NCBI RefSeq assembly: GCF_009914755.1
Contig: NC_060938.1
Reading direction: 5' to 3' (one strand)
Length of the DNA stretch: 64,000 nt
Source of the DNA: the human T2T-CHM13v2.0 reference genome, Homo sapiens
Below the pieces are notes generated by a model. The model saw only the letters and a program-made list of their open reading frames with translations. It searched no databases and was not told where the DNA came from. Positions 38,046 through 53,447 of the stretch are shown one piece after another. The position numbers and the translations under genes are program-made. Position 1 is the first letter of the stretch. Each line of letters begins with the position of its first letter.

Positions 38046-38629
38046 ATCCCCATAGGAAAGTCTGGTGCTGTCATCCGAGGAATGGGGAGCCGGGGCTGGA
38101 GAGGCAAAAACAATTCCAGGGAGGGTACAGAAGAGGGCAAAGCCAGAGGAGTCTGTAGGCAGGGAGTGAGAGGCAACTGAGGCCATGGAAAAGAGGGACA
38201 CGTTCAAGAGAAGCTGAGAAAGAAGAATTGTTAGGTAGAGGGAAAAACCTATTAAGGAGGTAATGATAAGGAAGGTTTGAGTCTGGACACCTCAAATATC
38301 CTCAAAATCCCTGATCATGCAATAGGAGCCAGGAGCTATTCCCCATTCCTAGGGCTGTAGATACACACAGAGACCGGATGACTTAGACCCAGCCCTTGTG
38401 CAACCAGGAGGGCATCACCTTCTCCCAATCTTCACATGGGCAACCACCAAGGCCAGAAGATAGGTCCAGCCAAGGTGGGGGAATCCCGATGAGTGCTGTT
38501 GACATCTTTCATGGTGAGGAAGAGAACTATCACAGGACAAGTCCTGTCATGAAATAACCTGTTTCCTCATTGTAAATCATAAGCTGTAAGGTAGCTTGTA
38601 ATAAGAGCATTTGTAATAAACATAATAAT

Positions 38630-38830
38630 GAGCATAATGATTGGCTTTTACTGAGCCTTCCCCTGGCTCCAAGAATTTAACAACTTGCTAGGCATTCTAC
38701 AGATATCACCTGATTTAGTAACTGCAACAACCCTATAAAATAGTATCATTCCCATTGACAGATGAGGAAACTAAGGTGCAGAGAGATTAAGTAACTGGCC
38801 CTGGTTATATAGCTGGTAAGTGCCAGGGCC
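38630..38830 (-). mobile_element. MIR
   Basis: CCCATTGACAGATGAGGAAACTAAGG...AAGTAACTGGCCC. Confidence 0.75.
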
Positions 38831-39189
38831 AAGAGTTAGAGGGCAGCACACACTCTTTCAGTTCTTAGCATCCCACGAGAGAAGTTGCTTCTCTGCTGCC
38901 TTTGATGTAGTTGAAGAGGTTAATCAAATTCTCTAGGTCAAGTTCCCCATTTTGGCTTGCTATTTCATAAAAGCACAGTACTGGTTATCCTTCCATCAGC
39001 ACCTTCCTGAAGAACCATAGCTCCTCCCCTTTATGCTTGTCACCACGTCCCTGGCAAGGCCACCCAGGTAGAGAATGGGGATTTGTTAGATTTGTTAAAA
39101 CCTTGCTGGGAGACAGGCAAGCTCTCCAACCAGCCTGGGCTTCCTCCATCTATGAAGTCCAATATGAGTGGTCATTAATACTCTTGTCG

Positions 39190-39350
39190 TCATAATAGTT
39201 AATACCCATTGAGTGTTCTCTCTTTTTAAAAATGTATTAACTCAATTAACCTTCACACAATTCCCTGAGATCGATGCTATTATTATCTCATCTCACAAAT
39301 GAGAACTAAGGACTGGAGAGCTTAAATAACCTACCAAAGATCACACAGCA
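39190..39350 (-). mobile_element. MIR
   Basis: ATTATTATCTCATCTCACAAATGAGAACTAAGG...AAGATCACACAGC. Confidence 0.65.
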
Positions 39351-41609
39351 AAGACAACAGTTCTCAAGTAAAAGGGTCTCCTGCTCTAATTACACATAGA
39401 TCCTGGAACAAAAAACAAGGCCTTGACACCTCCAAGGTGGAGTGGGAGCTAAGCTTCCACAATGGCATCTACTGTGGTCTCACTTGGGACTATGACTGGG
39501 CCACATTCAGCCCACCATTGCCCCACAGCGCCCCCGTCAGGACTGGAGGAGTCCATGCCTGACTCTTAAATGTGCTACCACGGCTTGTAAACACACTTAG
39601 CTTCCTCCACAAGCTTATAAAACCATCCCTCCCATGAGGCTGAGCAGTTGTTCAAACACTGGCAAACACTGCCAAAATTAAAATTCAATAAAGTCGTGGA
39701 AAATATTTTATATTATGAAAATCAAGTCAGATCTACAAGAATGCACTGTGAAAAACACAAAGCAGAGTCACCATGATTAATAATAAATGCAGGCACACCA
39801 CTAAATCCAACCAAATGCCTCCAGATGCTTCCAAAGGCAGTTCTCCTCTCCATGGCAGTCAATTGTGTGTGCCGCTGCCCCCACCACATCCTCTCCTCTG
39901 ACTCCACTGTGCACTCAACGCCAAAAGGCCCAAGTTCCTTCACAGCAAGGAGGGCTGACATAAACCCCATTCTCAGATTTTCTTAGCCTCCAGCTCTCAA
40001 AGAGCTGTGGAGAGTCCAGGTTTACCACCTCAGAAGAATTCACAGCTCACCGGTGCCAAACCTGATTTTTCCATTGTGAGAAATCTTTGTGGCATTACAT
40101 TACCTTCCAGGGCCTTTCATCAACTGACCTCAGGTGGCTTTGGCCAAGTGACTTCAGAGTGAATACCCAAAGTGAAAGATGTTGGCAACTGAACTTCTTC
40201 TCAGTCTCCAGTGCCTCAGTCTCGATGAGCATTCATGTTTAATTCTCCCGCCTATAGCCTCTCTGGGCTTATTCATGCCCATAATGGATTCTAAGGACTG
40301 CAAATTACACATTAAACCTCCACTCTCTTCCCCACATTCCAGGGAATGAAGCGGTTTCTCTCACAGCCTGACCGCTCTTCCGGGAGCACCTGCCAATTTG
40401 GATGACGAAGGGGCCGTCCAGGGAGGAGCACACACTGCCAGCTGCCTTCCTGACTTCCGACGTCACCACTTCCCAGACCGTCCTCACGCCGTTTTCTCCT
40501 CATAAATCCAGTTATTGAAACTGGCAGAACACTTTGTGATATTGTCCTCCTGGTATCAGATCCATCCCTGGACCTCTCACTGGAAGGTCCCAGCTCTGAC
40601 TTCTCTCCCCACCTAGAAACGAGAGCCTGGCAGCACTGACAGTCCTAAACCATCCACTCAACAGATTCACCACACACCTCACACTCAAAATCTCCCACCC
40701 GCACCAACTGCTCTAGCTGCGCTTTCATGGAAGGTAGCAGAAGCCACAGAACCCAGTGAAAGCTGCTCATACCTGATTATCTTCACGACGGAGGGGAAAG
40801 CAAAGGGGAAAGCCTGGAGGTGTAGAAAATCAATCTAGGAGGTAGCCAGGCCCATCCTGCTTCCTGATGCCACCCCAAGCCTCCTGGGTCCCGCCGCCTA
40901 CTCCTCCCAGGTCTGGGCTGCTGCAGGCCTGCACAAGCCAGATACCTCCAGATTAGGAGGCCCACTCAAGGAGATTGAAAACTGACGCCCAGGAAGATTG
41001 GCTTCAGGTTCTGAAGACTAATAGCCACTACTTGAACTGCCCTCAGCTTCCCAGCAGCATGCTTCAATTTCATCTTCCTAAGTGATCACTAACAACACTT
41101 AACCTCCCCCATCTGGAAGCAGGAGAGCGCAAAATATCCCTTCTAGCAATTACCCCCAAGGAGAATGTTTAACCTCCCATGATCCAAGATATTAAAATTA
41201 ACATCGAGATGCCCATTCTTCACATATTGAACTGACAAATATATTTTAAATTGCAATAAGAAGAATCCATACACAGCTGGTTAGAAATATGCACAGCCTT
41301 TCAGAAGGAATGTAGCAATATCAATTAAAGACTTAAAAATGCGCTTCAAAAAATGTTGCTGCAAAGAGGAACCTCAAGGATGTTCATTACAGCAATGACT
41401 ATAATGGCAAAAAAGAAAATTGGAATTAACCTAATTGTCACGTAACAGAGGATTGGTTAAATAAATTAGAATGCATCCATATTATGAATTATAAGCAATG
41501 AAAGTGATGATGTAGAATAATTTAATGACATGGGAAAATGTTTATAATATGATGTTAAATGGAAAAAGCAGGGTACAAAATTGTATGATCCCATAAAAAA
41601 AAAAAAGCT

Positions 41610-41960
41610 TATGTTCCCAGTTGTATAAAAGTACAGCATGTACAGTACAGAATTCTTGACAATAAATGACTATGTTGCTAGCTTATATATATATATACAC
41701 ACTATACTATCATTTTTATCATTATATTAGAGTGTACTTCTACTTAAAAAAAAAGTTAACTGTAAAACAGCCTCAGACTGGTCCATCAGGGTCCATTCCA
41801 GTATTATTGTCACAGGAGATAACAGCTCCATGCACTTTATTGCCCGTGAAGACCTTCCAGCAGAACAAGATATGGTGATGGAAGACAGTGATATGGATGA
41901 TCCCAACCCTATGTAGGCCTGGGCTAGTGTGTGTGTTTATGCCTCTGTTTTTAATAAAAA
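41610..41960. mobile_element. Tigger (TcMar) internal fragment
   Basis: TTAACTGTAAAACAGCCTCAG...ACAGCTCCATGCAC...GAAGACAGTGATA. Confidence 0.65.
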
Positions 41961-41966
41961 ATTTTA

Positions 41967-42190
41967 AGCCAGGCATGGTGGTTCACAACTGTAATCCCAA
42001 TGCTTTGGGAAGCCAAGGCAAAAGGACTACTTATGCCCAGGAGTTGGAGACCAGCCTGGGCAACATAGTGAGAGACTTTGTCTCTACAAAAAATTTTAAA
42101 AATTAGCCAGGCTTGGTGGTGCGTGACTGCAGTCCCAGCTACTTGGGAGGGTGAGGCAGGAAGATTGCTACAAAAATAAAAATTAAAAAA
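41967..42190 (+). mobile_element. Partial AluJ
   Basis: Left arm plus start of right arm. Confidence 0.85.
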
Positions 42191-44859
42191 AAAATTTTTG
42201 AAAAGAACCAACCAAGGAAAAGCACATATGCAACCAAGCAAATGATGGCCCTCCAAGGAAATGAAATCGGCACTCTCTAAATCTGGCCAGCATTTCCTTC
42301 CTTGAATGGAAACAGTGGTAGAGGGGATAGAAGTCATACAGCTTTTGATTGAATTTAGGAGCGAAAACACTTGGTAAAAATAATGATATGAAAAGTAACC
42401 ACTAGGAGCCACGCACCACAATACACTTACATGAAATAAATCATAGCTCACAACTACACAAGATTTGCAAGGCACTACAAAATGGGATGTGTTGGTGGCT
42501 TTGACCCATGCTTGGTCAAGTGTTTCATGGCATGACATGTGTCATCCTCCCTGTGAGGATGGTGTGTGGGGATGTAGGAAATACAGTCAGACCAGTGGCC
42601 AGCCTGTGAGTCCCCACACGTCCGTCCAGTTCCAGCAGAGCACAACCCTTCCTTAGGGAGAGAGGTCCAAGCCTGCAGCAAGCTCACAAAATGCAAAGAA
42701 TGCACTCGATTATGTAGAGTTTGATTTAGAAACATCCCCAATCTAAAAGTACTTGTCCCCTTTGGGGACAGCCATGTCTCCCATCACAAAATGAATGCCA
42801 GAAAGCAGCTCTGGAATTCTCCTCCACATTCTTCTTTTCATGAAGACTGGGACTGGCTAGGCCAGATTATCAAAAGCTCCCAGCGGATGAAGCTCAGGGC
42901 TCGCTCAGACCTGGACAGGACAAACACACCCACTGTACCACAGGCACTGTTCTCCAGGTGGCCGGTAAGCCCCATACGCGGGTCACCATGCAGAAGTGAT
43001 GTGAGACCCAACCCACCTGAATGAGTCTTGAAAAATAATCATCAGCATTGTAGAGAAGATGCAATGAAAGATACTAATTAAAGGGGAGGTAATTCACTCT
43101 CCCAACCCATCTCAGGAGCCCAGAGCAGAGAAGGTAGAGGGCATCCTTTCAGAGGGGAGCTGGGGCAGACCCCAACTCCCTGACCACGCAGCCGCAGTGT
43201 GTTGACTTACTAAACAGCTAACTGCCAGCACAGCTGTGGAGCTTCAGAAGAGCCACACTGGGCTAGTGACACACATGCTCAGTCACTATGTTAGTGAACT
43301 CAGGGGGCCACATACAGCCACTGCCTTACTCGCTGGGGCTGTGCCCCAGGCTCTAATCTTTGTGGGTCCATGAGGAACCAAACTCTGAAATGGACACGGA
43401 TGGCCTGACTGGAAAGAAATGGGAAAATGAAGTCCACTTCCAGGTCTAGCTCAGCTGCCCAAGCATCCTGGGGGCCAGGAGCCCCATTCATGGCTCTAGG
43501 ACTTTGTTGTAGAAACAGAAAAGCCCCCTAAAGAAAAAAACTGTCCCAAGGAAGAAAATGCCAGGAATGCCGTCATCCCCTGCTGCCCCATATTCCTAAG
43601 AAGCTTCCCAGATTGAAGCCAGTAGGCACTCAGCTAAAACCGCCTGAGTGCCATTGGCCAGGCCCCTCCTGGCCCAGGGTCAAGGGGTCCAGGGAGGGCA
43701 GGATGGCTGTCTCTGATCTCCCCCCAACCCCCGCCACTTAGCCATGAGACCACAGAGCTCCAATATGTACCCATAAACACACACACCCCTAGCATCTAGG
43801 AAGGGAAATTCTATCTCTTGCTTATAACCGAGTTACCCCACTTTCTGACCTTAAAAAAGAACAGCAGGTTTCCTTTGAAGGATTCAAACCTCATTAGCCA
43901 CAGCGGGAAATGATGCTTTAATGGGCCCGTGATGGTCTCAGCTTCGGGTGTCTGTGTACGCAGCCATATTACTTAGCAACACCATAGCCATTTAGGTTTA
44001 ATTTCCTAGCTTGCCTGATAAGGAGGCTGCAAGTGTAATTTGTGATGCCGCAAGCTGGGCAAACTCACAGGGCTATTAGATGAGTCACTGTGTGATCCAG
44101 GCCACTGTGCCGAGCTCTGCAGAAGAAGAGAAATTAACTCTGATTTGTGGGGCTGATACCGCTCAGGCGGACGCAATTTTCTGTGTCTGGGAGCTGTGCT
44201 TCCGTCTCTCCTGCTTTCTGGTTTGGTGCCATCATTGATTAAGGGAAGCTTCACTCACCTCTCAATCCCTGTTATGATCATCTTCCAGCTTTCTGAAATC
44301 CTCACACAAACTCAAAGCCTGGCAAGGTAATAATAATAACAATATCAATAATAACAGCAATAACAGTAATAGCTCACATTTCTGAATGCTATTCGAGTGC
44401 TACTCATAAGTTATCTCTGTTAATTCTCCTTACAACCCCAGGAGGTAGGAACTACTATTACTCCTATTTTCAAATGAGGAAATCAGGGCACAGACAGGAT
44501 AGCAGTTGGCTGTAAGACAATGAGAAAGTAGGGGACTGGACGGCCCACTGAGCACGGCACACTTTACCGAAGAGCCGGACTGTTATTCATCACAACCCAG
44601 CATTGCCATATCTTTCACTTTTCCAAAAGATGCCACAAATCCAGATTTTGATATAAAATCCCATGAGTTTTAAACATCAACAACTAATTTAATTGTTTAG
44701 TAAATATCGTGAGAACCAAACCAAAGAGATCGGCCAGCCAGATTCGGCCCCTGAGCCACCAGTTTGCAATCTCCACCTCATTCAAACAAGTAAGCATGTT
44801 CATCAATAAATACACTCCAATTTTATAGCTTGGCTTCTGTGAGTTGCTGGTGACCCAGC

Positions 44860-45700
44860 TCTTTGTTCATCCCTCCCTCCAGCTGCATTCCTCCCAGAGC
44901 CTCAGTGAGAGTTCTAGTCTTCCAGTTGCTCTAGCTACAAATCTTAGGGTCATCTATGGCTCCTTTCCATCTCTCACACTTCACATAATCTGTCAACAGA
45001 TCCTGTCTGCTCTACCTTTAAAATTTATTCACAATCCCTCCACTTTTCACACCCCTATGCCACCCTGGTTCAAGACACCAGCATCTCTTGCCTGGATATC
45101 ATGAGCCGCCAGCTGACATCACTTTCTCCCTTACCCTGTTCTCACCAGAGGAACTGGGGTACCCCTGTAAAACCTAAGTCAGATCCTGCGCTTCTCTGCT
45201 CAGCCCCTCCAATGGCTCCCATCTCACTCAGTGAAAGTCAGTGTCCTAAATGACCCACAAGACCCTTCATGACCTGGCCCCTTCCCACCTCTCTCTGCTT
45301 CCCTCCCTGCACTAGAGACACTCGACTTCCTCCTTGCTGCTACTCAGATACATCAAATGTGCTCCAACCTCAGGCCTTGGGCACTCACAGCTCCCTCAGA
45401 AACTCCCCTCCGCTGTCTTCTTGACTTCTGCCCTCTTTTGCTCTGTTCAGTCTCCACCGAAGTAGAAACATCTTCCTGGACAACTTATCCAAACTAGTAA
45501 TCTCCCAATCACTCCCCCTCCCCTTTCCCTTACCAAGCATCTCTGCCGCACAGCATACATTTACCTATTTGTGGTCTCTCTCCTCCAACTAGAATGTATG
45601 CTCCATAAAAGTAGGGAATTTGTTTTCTTCTCTGCTCTATCCCCGGTATCTAGAACTGTGCCTGGTACATAGCCAAAATTCATTAAATATTTGTTAAATA
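44860..45700 (+). mobile_element. L2 3' region
   Basis: Ends ...TAGAACTGTGCCTGGTACATAG...AAATATTTGTTAAATAAA, the L2 3' terminus. Confidence 0.8.
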
Positions 45701-46096
45701 AAGAATGGTCCACACAATCGTGCCTTATGATAGCTCAATTCTCCGAATGTTGCACACGCCTTGCCCTCACTATTTCCTCTTTACTCCATCTGCACCTGAG
45801 AGAGAAGAGCACTCCCCACTAGCTATTATCACCTGCACTATGGCCATAGCTTAACAATGCGAGTGCAGTATCATGCTGTATTGATCACTGGCTGAAAAAT
45901 GACAAGGAGACAGTCATTTCTCTCACCCACCTGCTGTGTCAAATAGTAGCTTATGATTTTTGGGTGTCTTGCCCTTGATGGATACAGCAACAGCTCATTC
46001 ATGAGGCTGATGACTTTTATAATTAGTCTTGATAGGAGGTGGCAGATTTTGTGTGAGGGTGAACCATTTTAATCCTTAATTATAAGGCTGGATGTA

Positions 46097-46260
46097 GCTG
46101 GATGTGGTGGCATGCGCCTGTAATCCCAGCTACTCAGGAGGTTGAGGCAGGAGAACTGCTTGAACTTGGAAGGCGGAGGTTGCAGTGAGCTGAGATCATG
46201 CCCAGGCTGGGCAACATAGTGAGACTCTGTCTCTAAATAAATGAATAAATAAATAAATAC
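46097..46260 (+). mobile_element. Alu right-arm monomer
   Basis: GTGGTGGCATGCGCCTGTAATCCCAGCTAC...(TAAA)n tail. Confidence 0.85.
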
Positions 46261-46283
46261 AACTGGATAAAAGTGCTTTACTC

Positions 46284-46589
<306 letters not shown>

Positions 46590-46639
46590 TTACTCATTTA
46601 TCTGCAGATTTTGTATATTTACTCTTTGGCCTTATTTAT

Positions 46640-46977
<338 letters not shown>

Positions 46978-48034
46978 TAGATATGGTTCAGTTCCTCGTG
47001 TTTTTTTCATGTAGACAGAAACAGAGAAATATTGGCTATATGATCTCAACCCCATCCAGATCCTGCACAAAATCTGGACACAGCTGCAATGATTGAGTGC
47101 AAGTTCCCTCCATGGATACCATGGGTCTCTCCCACCCAGCACAGTATGATCAGCTCCCAGCAGGATCCAGACACACCTTGCTCTAGGGCAGGGCCTGCCT
47201 GATTAGCCACAGGTAATTCCCTGGATGCTTGTCCTTTCTTAGCCACCAAATACTCCAGCTCAACAAAGAGGGTAAGCTAGGATGCCAGGATGGCCCATTC
47301 CAAAGCTGAATACCCAGGAAGGGAGGACAGCCACATGCAAGGGAGGGAAAAGCATCCAACTAGAAGTTCCAACAAACACTAAGGTTGATAGAAGAGGCTC
47401 TAGGAGTGTATTCAGAGGTGTAGTCCGGTTCTATGCAAGGGGCGGGGAATGCAGCTGGGCCATTTGTCATTTGCTGAGGGATCTAGCACAAAAAAAAAGG
47501 CATCTCCATTTGACTACCTTCTCTGTATGCCACCGAGTCTTGTTCTCTCAACATCTTTTCATTATTGTCACATAACTCTCAAGTTGATATATTTCCATGA
47601 GTGCTTGTTGGAAAAGGTATTACTTTTGACACGCCTTTCACTGCTACTGTCTCACCGTCAGCTATCCTTCTGAGGATGTGACACATCATTATTATGGGGG
47701 TGTCCATGGCCTTGCCTCCTTGGCCAGCCTGCCAAAATGAAGCCTGTAATTGCCAGTCTAATTTCCCTTTCTTCTTCCTCTTCCCAAAGAGGGAGGATCC
47801 TTTCTTCTGAAGAAAGACAGGTCAAGTGACATAATAGAGAAATGGAGTTGAGGGGAGTGAGAGACAGGCAGCAGAAAGTGGGTATTTGGGGAGAGCTGGG
47901 ATTATGAAGAGGTACATTCTGGGGCAGCTGGAGGTAAAATAGAAGTGGGAGACAAAGGCAATAGGTTTTATCATTATTTCTGTAATTTATGGAAGAGGAT
48001 ACTCTTTATATTTTTAAAGAAGTCTAAGCAAAAG

Positions 48035-50170
48035 TGACACCAGCAAGATGGCAGAGTAAGATGCCCTGGACCCTCCTTCCCCTCATAAACATACTGATTC
48101 AGCAAAAACTCACAGATAAATTCCATCTGTAAGAAATCCAGAAACTAACTGAAATGATCCTGGGCCCCAGGTAAACATGAAACCAAACTCACTGAAGCCA
48201 GCAGGGAGATTTGAGACACCTTCTTGCCAGAACTCTTATCACTGGCACAGTGCCATATGATCAGGGAAAGACTCCCTTCCTGCTCCCAGATTCTCCCAGG
48301 GGAAGGAAAGTGTTGGTTCACATGTCCATCACCCCAACTTTTTTGAGGGGGCTCCCCAGAGGTCTGGCTTTTATCTTGCCAGTCTCGGAGTTCTGACAGG
48401 TCTGGCACAGTCTAGCCCCCTAGAGAAGAATGAAGATGGCTGTTTTGACTGGTAGATGCTCAGCACAGAGTGAATGGACTAAAAATCCCAGCTTTCAGCT
48501 TCCCCCTGGGGAGGGAAACAGCGGATCCATGCATTCTATGCCCCAATTTCTCTAGGGCTTCTCAAAGAATTGGCATTTGTCCTGCCAGTCCAGGGGCTCT
48601 GATGGGGTCTGGCACAGTCTTGCTGCCTGGGGAAAAATAGAGATGGCAGTTTGGCCTGGTAGATGCTATAACTGCCTTCTCTCCCCCACTGGCTCAGCAC
48701 AGAGTTAGCAGACAAAAACCACAGATACCTGCTTCTCCATAGAGAAGGAAAGAGTTGGTAAAGGTCCCCAGAATCTATGACTGGGCTAATTGGTATATGT
48801 ACCTCTGATCAGGCTGTTTCTCCTGTACAAAGTCAGTCTGTGAAGACTGAGAGAGGTGCCTGCTTTGTCTAATGCCAAGACACTGACACAGAGTGTTAAG
48901 GAAAAATGAAGAGTCAGGCAAAGATGTTTCAAAGTATAATAACAAGGTAAATCTCCAGAAACCAACCCTAAGGAAATGGAGTTATATGATTTACCTGACA
49001 GATAATTCAAAATGACTGTCATAAGGATGCTCAGTTAGGTCAAGAGAACAATGCATGAACAAACTGAGAATTTCAACAGAGATAGAAAATATTTAAAAGT
49101 ACCAAACATAAATAATGGAGCTGAAGAACATAACACTTGAACTGAAAAATTCACTGGAGGGATTCAGCAGCAGACTAGATAAAGCAGAGGAAAGGATCAG
49201 CTAACTCAAAGACAGGTCACTGGAAATAATTCAGTCAGGAGTAAGAAGAAAAAAAAGAATGAAAAAGAGTAAAGAAAGTTTACTGAACTTATGGGACACT
49301 ATCAAGCAGACTAGTGGATGCATTATGGAAGCCCCAGAAGAAGAGAGAGAAAGGACCAGAAATATTACTCAAAAAATAATGGCTGAAAACTTTCCAAACT
49401 TGGGGGAAGAAAATGGACATGCAGGTCCAAGAAGCCTAAAGGACACCAAGCAAGATGAATCCAAAGCAATTCACACTGAGGTATGTTATTATTGAATTGC
49501 CAAAAGCCAAAGACAAGGAGAATTTTGAAAGCAGCAAGAAAACAGTGACTTGTCACATATAAGGGAACCTCTATAAGATTATCAGTGGAATTTTTAACAG
49601 AAACATTGCAGGCCAGAAGGGAGTGAGATGATATATTCAAGGGGCTAAAAGAAAATACTGACAATCAAGAATACCCAGCAAAATTGTTCTTCAGAAATGA
49701 AGGAGAGATAGAGACTTTCCCAGACAAACAAAAGCTGATGGAGTTCATCACCGCTAGACCCGCCTTAAAAGAAATGCTAAAGGGAATTCTTCAAGTTAAA
49801 GCAAAAGAATGCTAAACAGCAACACAGTGTTATATTAAAGTTTAAAACTCATTAGTAAAAGTAAATATACAGACAAATACAGAATACTTTATTACTGTAA
49901 TGGTGGGGAGTATATCACTTTTAATTCTAGCATAAAAGTTAAAAGATAAAAATATTTAAAATAACTATAACTAAAAATATGTTAAAGGAGTCATGATATG
50001 AATAGATGTAAACTGTAACAGCAGTAACAGAAATGTGGGAGAGGAATTAAAAGTGTAGGATTTTTGTATGCAATTGAGTTTAAGTTGTTATCAGCTTAAG
50101 ATATTCTAGATAAGCCCCCAGGAAATACCTATAGAAGTTACAAAAGAGAGAAAAGAATCAAATCATATTG
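48035..50170 (+). mobile_element. Old L1M 5' region: 5'UTR plus decayed ORF1
   Basis: CAAGATGGCAGAGTAAG start; ORF1p-like peptides (LLNLWDTIKQ...IMAENFPNLG); TFPDKQKL-encoding sequence near 49710. Confidence 0.85.
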
Positions 50171-50244
50171 TTTTAGTACCAGTTCTCCAGAGAAACAGGA
50201 TGACATATGCATGCACACACACTCATATACATGTAATACACATT

Positions 50245-50289
<45 letters not shown>

Positions 50290-50580
50290 AGTGAGAGACT
50301 GAGATTGATTATGAGGAATTGCTTATGCAATAATGGAGGTTGAGAAGTCCCATAATCTGCCATATGGAAAATAGAAACCCTAGAGAGCCAGTGATATAAT
50401 TCAGTCTGAGTCTGAAGACCTGAACACTGAAGATGTAAATCCCAGTTGAGGGATAAGGGATAAGCACACATTCAGGAAGCAAAAGAGGCAATTCCTCCTT
50501 TCATCTTTGTTATATTCAGGCCCTCAATGAGTTGGATGGTGCCCAACCACATTAGGGAGGAAAATCTACTTTACTAAATC
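50170..50580 (-). mobile_element. MLT2-type LTR fragment containing (TG)n (50247-50285)
   Basis: TTCTCCAGAGAAACAG...GAAGTCCCATAATCTGCC...GTTGGATGGTGCCCAACCACATT. Confidence 0.7.
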
Positions 50581-50918
50581 AATTTTTGTTTGAGTGGGTC
50601 ATGGGGTACCCAGGAAGGTGTAGGACTTCTTAAGCATTTCTTGTAGCCAGTCTTCTTCAAGGAAAAGTCTAAACTTGTGGTTTCGAGAGGAAGTAGAAAT
50701 ATTACTCAAAAAATGGAATGGGAACATTCATTCCTCCAGTAGCTTTGGCACTATCAGGTTAATGATTTCCTAAATCCAATGGCATTTCTATGGTATTTTC
50801 CTACCTACTTAGATGGGTTTTCTTACCAATATAATGCAAGCTCATTGTATAGAATTTGAAAAAGAGAGAAGGCAAATAAGAAAACTTACATGACTACTAA
50901 ATAAATATTAAATAATAA

Positions 50919-51254
<336 letters not shown>

Positions 51255-51288
51255 TAAAATAGTATTTTCTATTGCTCATGCATTTTGA

Positions 51289-51594
<306 letters not shown>

Positions 51595-51604
51595 TGTTGC
51601 CATT

Positions 51605-51735
51605 GATATATATATATAATTTTATTATATACATACATAGTTTTATTATGTATATATAAATTATTTTTTATATATAATTATTTTATATATATATATAAAA
51701 CAATGTATACACACACACACACACACACACACACA
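51605..51735. repeat. (TA)n-rich low complexity plus (CA)n
   Basis: Direct reading. Confidence 0.9.
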
Positions 51736-52089
51736 ATTTTGTAATAAGCACCACCTAACATGGTGCCTGACAAAAGTAGTGGCTAAATAAATATTTTCTA
51801 AATAATAAGTGTTTTCACTAATAAATCATGAGTATTTTTTTGCATTTTAATGGCTGCGTAGTATTCATTCCTTCACATGGACATACCATGATTTATTCCA
51901 GTTGTTAGGTAAGTTATTTCAACTGTTAAATATTATGAACAATGCTAGAATAAACATTCTCATAGGTACATATGTGCACACACATCCACTTTGATTTACC
52001 CACATTCTCTTTCTGGAAACAACACTCTTGACATTGGGCACACCCATCTCTCATGGCTCCCCAAATTCTGATTGTGGGTGGTCTTTGGA

Positions 52090-52620
52090 GAGTTATCTTT
52101 TCTCCAATCTTCTCACTCTTCACTCTCTCCTTAGCTGACCTCAGCTCCAAGCACCATGTGTGTACTAACTGGTCTGCAGCTGACTTTCAGATCCCTGCCT
52201 CCAGCCCAGACCTCTCTCCTATGCACTGGCTAATTACTGGATGTCTCCACTTAGGTGTCCCACAGGGACCTCAAACAACATGTCTGAAACCGAAGGCTCC
52301 CCTGCTTACCTTACTCCCTCCAAGACCTCCCACATGACCATTTATCTCATTAACATTATCTCAGTGGTCAATGCTGCTGTGATTCCCAGACACCCAAGCT
52401 CCCAAACTGGGGACTGTCCTGGACCAATCTTCACCCAGTTGTAGACAAACCCTTCAGCTTCTCCCTCTTAAATCTCTCTGCTGTTCCCTTGTCTCAGCCT
52501 CCACTGCCACTGACCTAGTTTCAGCCTCATTATCCCCCCTGAATTAATACAATAGCCTCCTAAGCTGTCCATCCTCCAACTCTGATTACAACCCACAATC
52601 CCCTGCTTGACATCTTTCCA
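52090..52620 (+). mobile_element. L2 remnant
   Basis: CCAGCCCAGACCTCTCTCC...CTGGATGTCTCCAC...CCTCAAACAACATGTCTGAAAC. Confidence 0.65.
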
Positions 52621-53447
52621 CCAGCTTTTCGCAACTTCAATATCAGTTCTTGGGCAGGGCATGTCTGTGGTATGTCCTCTGCCTATCTCTTCGGTCTCTA
52701 TCGCCACTACTCCCCTCTCCAACATGGGATCAACCTATAATAGAGCTTTTATTCAGTGTGCTTCAAATATTTGTTTACATTACATATATCTCTCCCTAGA
52801 CTTGAGGACGGGGAAGTCTCACTCATATTTATACTCCAGCATGCAACACAGTTAAACCTAAGGAAACAAAGCCTTAACAAAGGCACTTGGAAGATCTGCG
52901 TTCTCCCCATCAATGGCAACTACTGGTGACAAGGAAGGAAGCTATGGGTGCTGTCTTCTAGGGAGTCTTCTCAGGGCAGGCAGGACCTCACTTCCAGGAC
53001 TCACCTGGCCTGGTCACCTGTGGGTGGAGACAGGGCCTGACATTCATGAAATCTCCTTTATGTCCAACCCTTCAGAAGCTTCTTTTGATGCCAAGGGGCC
53101 CAACTCAGAGCCCACATCTCTATGTCTATGACCTCCTACATTATTTTTGTCTTGGTAATGAAATTTCCAACAATGTAATACTCACCGAAATAGAGCTTCA
53201 TAGGGATGTTCCTATACTTAGACAGTAAAAACAAATGAGAATAGGGTAGAGGAAAAGGAGAAGCATGAAGTTTAACTCCTTAGAGCCCATCAAGACCTTG
53301 AAGCCCTTTAAGACAAAATTTCCATAGTTGCAAATGCTGGGGGAACTGATGCTTACCTGCTCCATGTAAATTCCTCTTTGCAGCCCAGATGGCTGGAGCT
53401 CTTTGCTATGCATGGGAGGGAACCACACAAATGTGTTAGATCTGAAG

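Noticed and set aside
41951-42538. Longest ORF in the window (195 aa, minus strand)
   Set aside because: Runs through an antisense Alu and low-complexity DNA; no recognisable domain or splice support
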